DNA of 43,113 nt from an uncultured Steroidobacteraceae bacterium (GTDB lineage Bacteria; Pseudomonadota; Gammaproteobacteria; Steroidobacterales; Steroidobacteraceae), in contig CAZLYG010000001.1 in NCBI GenBank assembly GCA_964563075.1, forward strand, positions 17,749 through 60,861, in the 5' to 3' direction. Position 1 is the stretch's first letter. The number at the start of each line of letters is the position of its first letter. The notes beneath the pieces are model-generated. The model had not been told where the DNA came from. It searched no databases and saw nothing but the letters and a program-made list of their open reading frames with translations. Both the position numbers and the translations under genes were made by a program. Below, one piece after another: positions 7,220-17,019 of the stretch.

Positions 7220-10200
7220 TCACGCCCCCGCGGCGCGGGGCTGCAGTTTGGGGCCACCGTAGCGATGCACCAGCACCGGCAGCATGACCAGATTCAACAC
7301 CGTCGATGACAGCAGCCCGCCGAGCACGGTGATCGCCATCGGGGCCTCGATCTCCTGTCCAGGGCTGTGAACTCCCGCTGCCAGCGGCGCCAGCCCCAGG
7401 GCGGTCACCACAGCTGTCATCAGAATGGGAATGAGCCGCTCGTTGGCGCCACGCAGGACCAGCTCCATATTCCAGGCCATTCCTTCGCGCTCCACCAGGT
7501 GCTCGTAGTGAGCCAGCTGCAGAATCGAATTGCGCGCGCTGACACCGAACACGGTCACCAGACCGACCAGCGACCCGAGCGACAGGCCGATACCCGTGGC
7601 GGCAATCACGAACACGCCGCCCAACAGACTGAATGGCAGGTTGGCCATGACCAGCCAGCCGCTGGCACGCCAATGCAGGGCGACGAGCAGGATCATGATG
7701 ATCAGCACCAGCGCGGCCCCCGAGTACGCAATCAGCTCGAGGCGTGTCTGCTGCTCGGCCTCCGCGGCGCCCGTAAACTCCACCACCGTGCCGGCGGGCA
7801 GCTTGATGGTTTGTGCGATCCTGCGCTGCGCCTCCGATACTGCAGACTGCAGGGCGCGGCCTGCGACGTTGAAGGTGACCGCGATCAGACGTTGCCCCCC
7901 CTCATGGTCGATCGTGTAGCGGTCCGCGGAAAGATCCAGACGGGCGACCTGCGAGAGCGGCACCGGACCATAAGGGCTGTTGATCATCAGATGCCCGAGC
8001 TCATCCAGTCGATTGCGAAGCGCATCGGGCAGGCGGACGACGACCGAGACGGTACGAGCGCCACTGAAAGTCTGGCCTACGACGGCTCCCGTGTAGCCGG
8101 ACTCGATGGTGTCCAGCACGTCCTGCACCTTCAGCCCGCTCGCCGCGAGCCTGTCGGTTTCGGGCGTGATGCTCAGGGTCGGCGTGTTGTCCTCGCGCTT
8201 GAACTGCAGATCCGTGACTCCGCTCTCGCCGGTGAGCGTCGCAACGATCCGGTTGCCGACCTCGTCCAACGCCTGCAGATCGTTGCCGAATACCTTGATG
8301 GCGACCTGCGCGGTCTCCCCGCTCAGGCTCTCGCTGATCCGATCGCCGAGGAAGGTGACCACTTCTCCCTGGATACCGGGATAGCTGGCGAGCAGCTTGC
8401 GCAACGTTTCCTGCGCGTCAGACTGATCGACCGTGGCATCGGGTTTGAGCTCGACGTGAAGCTCACTGCGGTGCGTACCCCACGTGTCTTCACCGGCTTC
8501 TGCACGGCCGACCTGTTGCTCGACGCTGGCGACGTAAGGCAGCGCGAGGATTTGAGCACTGATGCGCCGGCCGAAGCTCAACATCTCATCCAACGAGGTT
8601 CCGGGAATAGAGCTCGATGCCTGCATCACGAAGTGGCCTTCGCGAAAGTCAGGCATGAACGTGCCCCCCAGAAAGGGCACGAGAGCCGCAGCGACTACCA
8701 CCAGAGCGCCGATGATGCCCAGGGCGAGACCTACTCTGCGATCGAGCCGCTCGATCGTGGCGCGCTGCCAGGCCTTCAGGCGCGTCAGCCAGTGCGCTTC
8801 CGGCTTGAGGTCCTTGGCGCTCAGCAGCAGCGCGCACAGAGCCGGCGTGGAGGTCATCGCTACGAACAGCGAAGCTGTCACGGCCAGGATGAAAGCAAGT
8901 GCCAGCGGCCCGACGAAGTGTCCCTGCACGCTGGAGGTCAGCAGTTCCGGAATGAATACCGCGATGACAACCGCGGTGGCGTAGATGACCGGGCCGCGCA
9001 CCTCCAGGGATGCGTCGAGGATGACCTCCAGGCGCCCTCTGGGCTGCGCGAGCGAACCGTTCTCGCGCAGGCGCCGCATGATGTTCTCGATGCCTATGAT
9101 CGCATCGTCCACCAGCACTCCGAGCGCCACGGCAAACCCACCGAGCGTCATTGTGTTGAGGGTTTCGCCCATGTGCGCCAGAACCGCGGTCGCGGCCAGG
9201 AGCGACAAGGGTATCGCCGTAAAGGCGATGACGGCTGCGCGCCAGTCGCGCAGGAAGGCGTACAACACGACGATAATCAGCACCGCGGCGATCAGCAGCG
9301 AGCGCTCCAGCTCCCCGAGTGCCTTCTCGATGAAATTGGCGGGGCGATGCAGGCGGCCATAGAGAGTGATGCCCTGCGCCTTCAAGGCGGGCTCGAGGTC
9401 GGCGAGCACCCGTTCGACAGCCTGCGTGGTGGTGAGCGTATTGGCTCCATACTGGCTGGCCATCGAGATCAGAACTCCCGGCCGACCCATGATCAAAGAG
9501 TCGCCCGAGCGCAGCGCCGCTCCCTGCCGGATGCTCGCAACATCGCGCAGGCGGATGGGGACGCTGTTGCGTACGGCGACCACCGCGTCGCCGAGCTTCT
9601 CGATATCCGGCTGAGGGATCGGGGCCTCCAGCAGCACCCGTTGCGCAGCGATGTCCACGTACCCCGCGCCGCGCAGGGTCAAAGCCCCGCGTGCCGCATC
9701 GGCGACGTCGGCCAGAGTCAGATTAAAGCTTGCCAGCCTGCGCAGATCGGGCGCGATCTGCAGTTCGCGCACCTTGCCGCCGAACACTATCGCATGTGCG
9801 ACGCCGGGAACGGCGAGCAGGCGCGGCTTCACCACCCAGTCCGCAACATCGCGCAGCGTGTAGGCGTCAACCTTGTCGGAGACAAGGCCGATCTTCAGCA
9901 GGTCCATGGTGCTCGACACCAGCGGCGAGAGCTTCGGGGTACCCACGCCCTGCGGAAGTGAAGTGCCGACCTCCGCGAGCCGCTCGGAAATGCCCTGTCG
10001 CGCGATGTGCGGATCGACGCCGTCGTTGAAGGTCACGGTCACCACGGACAGCCCCGGTATCGATTCCGAGCGGAGCGTCGCCAACCCCGTAGCGCCATTG
10101 ATGGCGTTCTCGACCGGCCTGGTGACCAGCTCTTCCACCTGCTCCGGTGCGAACCCCGGGGCCTCCGTCTGCACGTCCACGGTCGTCGGCACGAAGTCCG

Positions 10201-10315
10201 GAAAGACATCCAGGGGTGTCCGGAGGGCCCCGAGAGTGCCGAGCACCAACGCCAGGAGCGTGAGCGCCGAAACGGCACCGAAGTGGCGCGTGCACAGGGA
10301 GACCAGCCAGTGCAT
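7220..10315 (-). CDS. efflux RND transporter permease, CzcA/CusA-like family
   Basis: 1031 aa. N-terminus ...DVFPDFVPTTVDVQTEAPGFAPEQVEELVTRPVENAINGATGL...; TM4 region ALGVLVDDAIIGIENI; 12-TM, two-large-loop organisation. Confidence 0.9.
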   Translation of the reverse strand: MHWLVSLCTRHFGAVSALTLLALVLGTLGALRTPLDVFPDFVPTTVDVQTEAPGFAPEQVEELVTRPVENAINGATGLATLRSESIPGLSVVTVTFNDGVDPHIARQGISERLAEVGTSLPQGVGTPKLSPLVSSTMDLLKIGLVSDKVDAYTLRDVADWVVKPRLLAVPGVAHAIVFGGKVRELQIAPDLRRLASFNLTLADVADAARGALTLRGAGYVDIAAQRVLLEAPIPQPDIEKLGDAVVAVRNSVPIRLRDVASIRQGAALRSGDSLIMGRPGVLISMASQYGANTLTTTQAVERVLADLEPALKAQGITLYGRLHRPANFIEKALGELERSLLIAAVLIIVVLYAFLRDWRAAVIAFTAIPLSLLAATAVLAHMGETLNTMTLGGFAVALGVLVDDAIIGIENIMRRLRENGSLAQPRGRLEVILDASLEVRGPVIYATAVVIAVFIPELLTSSVQGHFVGPLALAFILAVTASLFVAMTSTPALCALLLSAKDLKPEAHWLTRLKAWQRATIERLDRRVGLALGIIGALVVVAAALVPFLGGTFMPDFREGHFVMQASSSIPGTSLDEMLSFGRRISAQILALPYVASVEQQVGRAEAGEDTWGTHRSELHVELKPDATVDQSDAQETLRKLLASYPGIQGEVVTFLGDRISESLSGETAQVAIKVFGNDLQALDEVGNRIVATLTGESGVTDLQFKREDNTPTLSITPETDRLAASGLKVQDVLDTIESGYTGAVVGQTFSGARTVSVVVRLPDALRNRLDELGHLMINSPYGPVPLSQVARLDLSADRYTIDHEGGQRLIAVTFNVAGRALQSAVSEAQRRIAQTIKLPAGTVVEFTGAAEAEQQTRLELIAYSGAALVLIIMILLVALHWRASGWLVMANLPFSLLGGVFVIAATGIGLSLGSLVGLVTVFGVSARNSILQLAHYEHLVEREGMAWNMELVLRGANERLIPILMTAVVTALGLAPLAAGVHSPGQEIEAPMAITVLGGLLSSTVLNLVMLPVLVHRYGGPKLQPRAAGA

Positions 10316-10318
10316 AGG

Positions 10319-11326
10319 TCAGTCCGGAGCCTCGGTGCTGGGGTTTGTCTGCCTGGCCAGCAGCAGACCTGCGGCTGCGGTCACTACCTGATCTCCCGGT
10401 GAGACTCCTGAAGAGGCGAAGTAGCCGTCCGCGAGCGGCCGTGAGGTATCGATGGCAATGCGCTCGAACGTGCCTTCCTTTCTGTGCACGTAACACCAGG
10501 CCTGACCGCCGCTCACGACCACCGCGGAGGTCGGAATGAGTACTCCGGCAATGCCACCCGAAGCCGATGTGGCGAGCACTTGCAGACGGGCACCCTCGGC
10601 CGCCTCGGGAGCATTCAGGAGAGCGAAAAAGCTGCGTCCGGGGAGCGTCGGGTCCTGAGGCGCATCCCACAGCTCGCTGGTCGTCCAGGTCGCCGCTCCG
10701 GGGCTGGAGTCGAGCGTCGTGATCCGCAGGCTCTTCGGGCGCGCGCTGGTGAGCGCACCGGGCGGGAACGTGATGCGCGCCAGCTTCACGCTACCGTTGG
10801 CGAGCTCATCCAGCAGATCCGCCGCCCCGCCCCGCTGCTGCGGGAACTCCCGTCCGAGTGTCGCCGTCAGCTTGCGGCGCGCGAGCTCCAGGGCCGCCTG
10901 GTCGGCGGCCACCTGCCGCGTGGCAGTCTCGACGACGTCCGTTCCTAACGCCCCCGGGCCGGAGGCCAGTCGTTTGCCACGTGCGAGAGCTTCCTGGCTC
11001 TGGTGGGCAGCCGCCGTCGCCGTCTGCAGGTCGGCCGCGACTTGCGCAACGACATCGTGGCTGACGATGAGCCCGAACCCCTGGGCGCCTGGCGTGTACG
11101 TCACTGTCTGCACCGCAGCCGTGGTGATGCCCAGCTTGTTGGCTTCATCCGCGGACAGTGTTACCTCATTCGGGTCTTTGTGTTCATCAGATTTATCTTC
11201 AGCGGCCGCCTTGCCACTCGCCGGGTGAGCCGTGTCGGCCTCCCCGCTCCCCTGCGTCCCCGCTCCGCCACTACAGGCGGCGAGCGATGCGATGCTCAGA
11301 AGAATCAGGAACCCTCGTGTGCCCAT
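10319..11326 (-). CDS. efflux RND periplasmic adaptor (membrane fusion) lipoprotein
   Basis: Start taken at ATG residue 8 (MGTRGFLILLSIASLAACSGG, lipobox). Coiled-coil hairpin segment (QTATAAAHQSQEALARGKRL...AADQAALELARRKL) then beta-barrel-like C-terminus. Stop lies 4 nt before the RND start. Confidence 0.8.
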   Translation of the reverse strand: MGTRGFLILLSIASLAACSGGAGTQGSGEADTAHPASGKAAAEDKSDEHKDPNEVTLSADEANKLGITTAAVQTVTYTPGAQGFGLIVSHDVVAQVAADLQTATAAAHQSQEALARGKRLASGPGALGTDVVETATRQVAADQAALELARRKLTATLGREFPQQRGGAADLLDELANGSVKLARITFPPGALTSARPKSLRITTLDSSPGAATWTTSELWDAPQDPTLPGRSFFALLNAPEAAEGARLQVLATSASGGIAGVLIPTSAVVVSGGQAWCYVHRKEGTFERIAIDTSRPLADGYFASSGVSPGDQVVTAAAGLLLARQTNPSTEAPD

Positions 11327-12705
11327 CCGCCCCCCAACGCTTTGCACAGTCCAACCGCAGCCTGCAATCGTGCGAGCGTGTACTCGCTCATCTGCTCACG
11401 TGCGCTGAACAGCGAGCGCTCCGCATCCAACACCGTAAGGAAGTCGCCGGAACCGGCGCGGTAGCGAGCCTGTGCTCCTGCCAGCGCCACCTCACTCTGC
11501 GCCACACTCTCACGTTGCGCCGCCTGCTGCTCTTCCAGATGTCCGGTCGCCGAAAGCGCCGTCTCCACGTCCCACAATGCGGCCAGCGTCGCAGATCGAT
11601 ACTGCGCCAGCATTTCTTGCTCTTTCGCGGCCGCCTCATCGCGCGCCGCACGCAGCCGTCCCCCGTTGAAGATGGCCTGAGTCAGTGCAGCCCCTGCGGT
11701 GAGTGACGGGCCGAAGCCCGCCAGGCTGATCACAGCGGCATTCACCGCCGGGTTCTGTACTCCACCGCTTCCCGTGAGCACGATGGAAGGAAAGAACGCT
11801 GCCCGCGCCTGCGCGAGGTCAGCATGCGCCGCCTTGAGATTCTCCTCGGCAGCGAAGACATCAGGACGCCGCGCCAGCAACTGAGCCGGCAGACCTGCCG
11901 AGACCGTGGGAGCCTTGAGATCGGACAGGCGCTGCGCCGTGATCTGCAGCGTTCCGGGAATTTTTCCGACGAGGATCGCCAGAGCGGCCAGCTCGGCATC
12001 CTGCTGCTGCTCGAGGTCTTTGATATGAATCTCGGCATTCGCCACTGCCGCGCGCTGCTGGGCAACTTCGGTGGGGTTGCCGAGCCCTTGGGAACGCCTG
12101 GCCTGGACCACGCCCAGCACCTGCTGCGTGTTATCCAGTGCCTGCCTGGCCAGCGCGATTCGCTCGCGCAGCGCAACGACCTGAAAATAGGTGTCTGCGA
12201 GGCCTGTCACCAGGGTGAGTGCGACGACAGCGCGGTCCGCTTCACTGGCTTTGCGAGCGGCTTCGGCTGAAGCCCGTGCGCTGCGATTCTTGCCCCAGAA
12301 ATCGATCTCGTAGCTGGCCGAGACCAGCGCCCCATAGTCCGTCTCATGCGCGCTGCCATTGCTCGAGTGCCCTGCGTAGGTCGTCGAGTTCGCATCGAGA
12401 TCCACTTGCGGAAGGATGGCGGCCCCTGCCGCCCTGGCGCGCGCATCGGCTTGCCGCAAGCGAGCGTCCGCCGCCTGCAGCTCCAGACTGTTGCTGGAGG
12501 CATCGGCAATCAACCCGTCGAGCTCCGCACTGCCGAAATCGCGGAACCACATTTGGGTCGGGAGAGCGCCCCCTGGCAGCTGGGCCGAGATCCATTGGGA
12601 GGGCGTCGCGACGACGGGCGGCGCTGTGGAAGTCTCGGTGGCGCAGCCGCTGCAGGCCGCGAACACGATGGCGGCGATACACCCGATACCTACCCGACTC
12701 GACAT
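11305..12705 (-). CDS. efflux outer membrane factor lipoprotein, NodT/TolC family
   Basis: Real start at residue 159 of ORF 11305..13179 (MSSRVGIGCIAAIVFAACSGC, lipobox). Typical OMF repeats: ...YEIDFWGKNRS..., LPAQLLARRPDVFAAEENLKAA, ARYRAGSGDFLTVLDAERSLF. The upstream 158 aa of the listed ORF overlap the kinase gene and are junk. Confidence 0.85.
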   Translation of the reverse strand: MSSRVGIGCIAAIVFAACSGCATETSTAPPVVATPSQWISAQLPGGALPTQMWFRDFGSAELDGLIADASSNSLELQAADARLRQADARARAAGAAILPQVDLDANSTTYAGHSSNGSAHETDYGALVSASYEIDFWGKNRSARASAEAARKASEADRAVVALTLVTGLADTYFQVVALRERIALARQALDNTQQVLGVVQARRSQGLGNPTEVAQQRAAVANAEIHIKDLEQQQDAELAALAILVGKIPGTLQITAQRLSDLKAPTVSAGLPAQLLARRPDVFAAEENLKAAHADLAQARAAFFPSIVLTGSGGVQNPAVNAAVISLAGFGPSLTAGAALTQAIFNGGRLRAARDEAAAKEQEMLAQYRSATLAALWDVETALSATGHLEEQQAAQRESVAQSEVALAGAQARYRAGSGDFLTVLDAERSLFSAREQMSEYTLARLQAAVGLCKALGGGWAHEGS

Positions 12706-12707
12706 GC

Positions 12708-14039
12708 TCAGGCACTCCCCGCTGGGGCAGGGACCCGTGCCCCTGCCGAGGCCGGCCCGGGCGCAGCCGCTGAGATAAAGCGGATGCGGAATGTCGTGCC
12801 GCGCCCTTCTGCGCTCTCGGTTTCGATTCTCCAACCGAGCCGTTCGCAGATGCGACTCACCAGATACAGTCCCAACCCCAGCCCCCGGCTCTGGGTGCCC
12901 CGATAACGACGCTCGAAAATGCGCGACAGATCCTGGGGCGGAATGCCGATCCCGGTGTCGCGCACTGTGAGCTCGGCTGCCGTCAGCTTCACCTCGATCG
13001 AGCCGTTCTGCGTGAAGTTGACGGCATTGAGCAGCAGATTGTTGACCACGCAGGCGACCATGACCGGTGCGCCAGTGACCATCACGGGTTCGGCGGCAAC
13101 CACCATGTCGAGAGACTTCGCCGCGGCTCCCGTGGACACCAGATCCACAGCCTCCTTGACGATCTGATCGAGCGCGCACGACTGCGGACGGCCGGCCGGC
13201 TCCCCGCGCGCAAGGAAAAGCAGCGCTTCGATAAGGGACTGCATCTGACCGGCGGCGCGGCGGATGCGCGAGACTCTTTCCGTTGCCGATGCAGAGAGTG
13301 CCGTCTCTTCCGCCAGCAGCTCCGCCGCGCTCGAGATGATTGCCAGCGGCGTGCGCAGCTCATGACTGGCGTCCTCCGTAAACGCCTGCTCGCGTTCGAG
13401 AACGCGCTCGAGCCGGTCGATATAGTCATCGAAGGCGGCCGCAATGATGCCGACCTCGCGATCCGCGTAGCGATCCCCGAGGCGCTCATTGCGGCGCGAC
13501 GGGTCCAGGTGCGCCACCGCATCGGCGAGCTGCGTGACCGGCCGCATGACCGCGCGTGACAGGCCGATTCCGAGCACGGCTGCCAGGCACAACGCCACGA
13601 GTCCCACCAGCATCGCAGCCCCGAGGACCTCTCCCTCCAGGGCTTCGACACGCTCCGCGTTCAACAGCAGATACAGGCGCGTCGAGCCCACATCCTCCAC
13701 GTTAACGTAGTAGATCCTGCCCCGTACGATGACATCCTCGTGCACGCCCTTGGACAGACCGGCCAGTTCCGGTGGCAATCCAGCACGGTCGGCGGCGTCA
13801 CGGACGATGTACCCGCTCAAGCCCCCTGCAGAGGGTGGCAAGGTCTGCGGACGCGCCGCGAAGTCTCGCTTGAATTCCTGCATTTCGCGCACGAGCGCGT
13901 GGTTGAGCATCTCATCCTCGAGCAGCTCGATAAACTCATGCACTGCGGTGGCGAATGCTCCGCACAGCACGACGATCAGCACCGCGGCGGCCAGCAGAAA
14001 TCGCGTGCGGAGGCTCCAGTCGAATCGCGTGCGTGTCAT
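12708..14039 (-). CDS. two-component sensor histidine kinase (2 TM, periplasmic loop, HAMP, HisKA, HATPase)
   Basis: H-box FTEDASHELRTPLA, N-box LLLNAVNFT, G-boxes VRDTGIGI and GLGLGLYLV. Overlaps the regulator stop by 4 nt. Confidence 0.9.
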   Translation of the reverse strand: MTRTRFDWSLRTRFLLAAAVLIVVLCGAFATAVHEFIELLEDEMLNHALVREMQEFKRDFAARPQTLPPSAGGLSGYIVRDAADRAGLPPELAGLSKGVHEDVIVRGRIYYVNVEDVGSTRLYLLLNAERVEALEGEVLGAAMLVGLVALCLAAVLGIGLSRAVMRPVTQLADAVAHLDPSRRNERLGDRYADREVGIIAAAFDDYIDRLERVLEREQAFTEDASHELRTPLAIISSAAELLAEETALSASATERVSRIRRAAGQMQSLIEALLFLARGEPAGRPQSCALDQIVKEAVDLVSTGAAAKSLDMVVAAEPVMVTGAPVMVACVVNNLLLNAVNFTQNGSIEVKLTAAELTVRDTGIGIPPQDLSRIFERRYRGTQSRGLGLGLYLVSRICERLGWRIETESAEGRGTTFRIRFISAAAPGPASAGARVPAPAGSA

Positions 14040-14701
14040 GCGAGGCGATATCCGATGCCGTGCACGGTGTGCAGGAGCTTCGACTCGCCCTCGGCATCCA
14101 CAGCATTGCGAATGGTGAAAATGTGCCCACGCAAGGCCGCGTCGCTTTCGGGTGGATCGTTACCCCAGACAGTACGCTCGATCTGCTCGCGAGTAACGAC
14201 GCCAGGGGATGAACGCATCAACTGCTCGAGAATGCGCATCGCAGTCGGTGCGAGGGACAGCACGCGCTCGCCACGCCGGACGATCAGCGTTCGCAAATCG
14301 AACGTCAGGTCACCCACCTGCAACACTCCCTTGGAGCCGCTCGTGCGCCGCACGATCGCTTTGAGGCGCGCCAGCAGCTCGAGCAGCGAGAACGGCTTGG
14401 TCAGATAGTCATCGGCGCCGGCGTCGAACCCTTTGAGCTTATCCGCCTCGGTGTCCCGTGCGGTCAGCATCAGCAGAGGAACGTCGCGGCGCGCTGTCTC
14501 CCGCAACCGCTGGCACAGAGTGAGGCCATCGAGGCCTGGAAGCCCGAGATCGAGGATGACGGCGTCATAGCTGTCACTTGCCGCAAGCTGCAGCCCGCGT
14601 AGCCCGTCACGAGCATAGTCGACAATGTGCCCGCGGGATTCCAGGAATTCGCCGACGTTCGCCGACAGGTCCAGACTGTCTTCGATCAGCAGCAGGTGCA
14701 T
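14036..14701 (-). CDS. OmpR/PhoB-family response regulator
   Basis: Start at ATG residue 8 (MHLLLIEDS...). Receiver motifs DAVILDLGLPGLDG and KPF; winged-helix C-terminus LHTVHGIGYRL. Confidence 0.9.
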   Translation of the reverse strand: MHLLLIEDSLDLSANVGEFLESRGHIVDYARDGLRGLQLAASDSYDAVILDLGLPGLDGLTLCQRLRETARRDVPLLMLTARDTEADKLKGFDAGADDYLTKPFSLLELLARLKAIVRRTSGSKGVLQVGDLTFDLRTLIVRRGERVLSLAPTAMRILEQLMRSSPGVVTREQIERTVWGNDPPESDAALRGHIFTIRNAVDAEGESKLLHTVHGIGYRLA

Positions 14702-14773
14702 GCGCGCAGCGTAGCATCGCACGTGTAATGAAAGCGTTAGGGATGGTGCCGCAACCGCGGACGGGACGGTAAC

Positions 14774-14813
14774 CGCCCCGGGGCGCCTCCCCCGCGAGAG
14801 GCGCCCCGGGGCG
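14774..14813 (-). terminator. GC-rich hairpin, perfect 16-bp stem (CGCCCCGGGGCGCCTC / GAGGCGCCCCGGGGCG), 8-nt loop
   Basis: Begins 1-2 nt after the PQQ dehydrogenase stop (14815) and lies upstream of the regulator gene. No U-tract follows, so it may be a terminator, RNA stabiliser or REP-like element. Confidence 0.55.
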
Positions 14814-14814
14814 A

Positions 14815-16986
14815 CTATTTGCCGATCTCCTGGTGCGGCTGGCTCGGAGGCGGCGGTCCGAACGGCGACGGCGGCGGGTGTTTCTTGATCTCGTTGGCGC
14901 GCGAGATGATGTAGGCACGGATCGCCTGGGTATCGGCCGGCTTCAGCGCCTCGGCGAAGGACGCCATGCCACGCTGCGCCAGGACGCCCTTGAGGACGAT
15001 CTGATCGAACCCGTCCTGCGAATGCAGCAGGGGCGTACGCGTGAGATCCGGGAAGTTGGCGCCACGCGTCTGTCCCTGATCACCGTGGCAGGCCGCGCAG
15101 TATTGCTCATAGCGCTGGCTCCCCGTCTTCACCACCGCAGGAGAGGCCGTGTCCGGCGGCGGATCGAGCGGCGGTGGCGTGTAGGGCTGTGCAGGCGGCA
15201 ACACAGCCTTTCCGCCGAGCGCGAATACCAACATCCTGGAGTAGTTCGGGGCGTAGTAGCCGCCGGTGGGAGCACCGCCTACGCTGGCGGCGACGTACTG
15301 CTTGCCATCGAGCTCATAGGTGATCGGCGGCGCCATCATCCCCGTCTCGGTGTCGGCGCTCCAGAGCTTCTCACCGGTCCTCGCGTCGAATGCCCGGAAC
15401 TCGGGGGCGCTGCCGCCGCCCTGGAACACGAGGCCGCCCGCCGTCGCGAGCGCTCCTCCCGGACCGCCCTGGCCTTCGGGAGTCTTCCACACCTGCTTGC
15501 CCGTCACCGGATCCAGCGCCTGCAGGTAGGACGTGAAACCATTCTTGTCCTTCGGGTGAGAGGCGTAGTAGGTGAACGGAGCGGTGAAATCCAACCCCAG
15601 GTTGTAGCCCACCGGATTCGGGGTAAAGCTGGGATCCGCGATCATGGGGAAGTAGGCGCGCTGCGTCGGGATGTACAGCAGCCCGGTGACGGGGCTGAAC
15701 GCATTCCCCTGCCAACCATGCGCCCCCTGCACGCCGGGCGCGAGATTGAACGGCTTACCAACCGGGAAACGCGCGGCATCCACCACGCGCGGGCGACCGG
15801 TTTTCATGTCCACGCCGTCGGCCCAGTTCACGTCCGTGAACGGCTGCGCTCGCAACAGCTTCCCGGTCGCGGCATCCAACATGTAGAAGAAGCCATTCTT
15901 GCAGGGCTGCATCAACACGTGGCGCTTCTGCCCGTCGATGGTCAGATCCGCGATGACCATCGGGCTCACCGCATCGTAGTCCCAGGTGTCGGCCGGGGTC
16001 GTCTGGTAGTGCCAGACGTACTCGCCGGTCGAGAGCTTCACGGCCAGGATCGTTGCCAGATACAGGTCGTCGCCGCTCTTGGGATCGCGGTAGCGGTCGT
16101 TCCACGGCGAGCCGTTGCCGGTGCCGAAGTAGACGAGATCGGTGCGCGGGTCGTAGAGAATCGCATCCCAGACCGTGCCGCCGCCGCCGAGCTTCCACCA
16201 CTGCCCGCTCCAGGTCGCGGCAGCTTTCTGCATCGCGGCGTTCTCGAAGCCGTCCTTCGGGTTGCCCGGGACGGTGTAGAACCGCCAGTCGAGCTTCCCG
16301 GTCGCCGCGTCATAGGCACTGACGTACCCGCGCACGCCGTACTCACCACCGGACTCGCCTATGAGCACCTTGCCGTTGGCAACGCGCGGCGCACTGGTGA
16401 TGGAGTAGTGCTTGCTCTGGTCGATGGTCAGCACGGACCAGGCCTCTTTGCCGGTACGGGCATCGATGGCCACCAGGCGGCCATCGAGGGTCCCCAGGTA
16501 GATCTTGCCCTCCCATGCCGCAATGCCCCGGTTGACGATGCCGCAGCACACGTTGCGGATCCATTGACCCGGGGTCTGGGGGTCGTATTCCCACAGCTTC
16601 TTACCGCTGCGGGCATCGAACGCGTACACCTTGCTCCAGGCCGTGGAGACATAAATGACTCCATCGATATAGAGCGGCGTGCCGTCCTGGCGCAGGTTGG
16701 TATCGTAGTCGGCGAACCACACGAGCCCGAGCTGCTTCACGTTGCCACGGTTGATCTGCGTGAGCCGGCTGAAGCGCTGCTCGTCATAGGTGCCGCCGTA
16801 GGTCATCCATTGCGAGGGCTCGGAAGCCGCGTTGATCAAACGCGCGGCATTCACCTTTGCCGGGGCCGTCAGAACGGCGGAGGCGCGCCCCTGCGCACCG
16901 GTGGCCGGCGTGTCAGCGAGCGTGGCGCCGCACAGGGCCACAGACAGCAGGGCAGCCAGCCCGGCGCTCCATCGATGAATTATCAT
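14815..16986 (-). CDS. quinohemoprotein PQQ-dependent alcohol dehydrogenase (type II, C-terminal cytochrome c domain)
   Basis: ATG at residue 6, GAGGA upstream, signal peptide. Adjacent-cysteine ring NVCCGIVNRG. W-repeat propeller (GTVWDAILYDP, WDYDAV). C-terminal heme site CAACHG. Confidence 0.9.
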   Translation of the reverse strand: MIIHRWSAGLAALLSVALCGATLADTPATGAQGRASAVLTAPAKVNAARLINAASEPSQWMTYGGTYDEQRFSRLTQINRGNVKQLGLVWFADYDTNLRQDGTPLYIDGVIYVSTAWSKVYAFDARSGKKLWEYDPQTPGQWIRNVCCGIVNRGIAAWEGKIYLGTLDGRLVAIDARTGKEAWSVLTIDQSKHYSITSAPRVANGKVLIGESGGEYGVRGYVSAYDAATGKLDWRFYTVPGNPKDGFENAAMQKAAATWSGQWWKLGGGGTVWDAILYDPRTDLVYFGTGNGSPWNDRYRDPKSGDDLYLATILAVKLSTGEYVWHYQTTPADTWDYDAVSPMVIADLTIDGQKRHVLMQPCKNGFFYMLDAATGKLLRAQPFTDVNWADGVDMKTGRPRVVDAARFPVGKPFNLAPGVQGAHGWQGNAFSPVTGLLYIPTQRAYFPMIADPSFTPNPVGYNLGLDFTAPFTYYASHPKDKNGFTSYLQALDPVTGKQVWKTPEGQGGPGGALATAGGLVFQGGGSAPEFRAFDARTGEKLWSADTETGMMAPPITYELDGKQYVAASVGGAPTGGYYAPNYSRMLVFALGGKAVLPPAQPYTPPPLDPPPDTASPAVVKTGSQRYEQYCAACHGDQGQTRGANFPDLTRTPLLHSQDGFDQIVLKGVLAQRGMASFAEALKPADTQAIRAYIISRANEIKKHPPPSPFGPPPPSQPHQEIGK

Positions 16987-17019
16987 GCAGTCCTCGTGCA
17001 AAACGGCAGGCGCGCAACG

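Noticed and set aside
7367-9961. 864-aa plus-strand ORF, the longest unassigned ORF in the track
   Set aside because: It is entirely antisense to the well-supported RND pump gene. The translation is dominated by Arg, Gly, Asp, His and Gln with no recognisable domain. This is a typical shadow ORF of high-GC DNA.
12706-13179. 158-aa N-terminal extension of the outer membrane factor ORF (listed as 11305..13179)
   Set aside because: The extension overlaps the histidine kinase gene in another frame and is Arg/Gly-rich. A lipoprotein signal peptide with lipobox begins at the internal ATG 12705, directly after the kinase stop.
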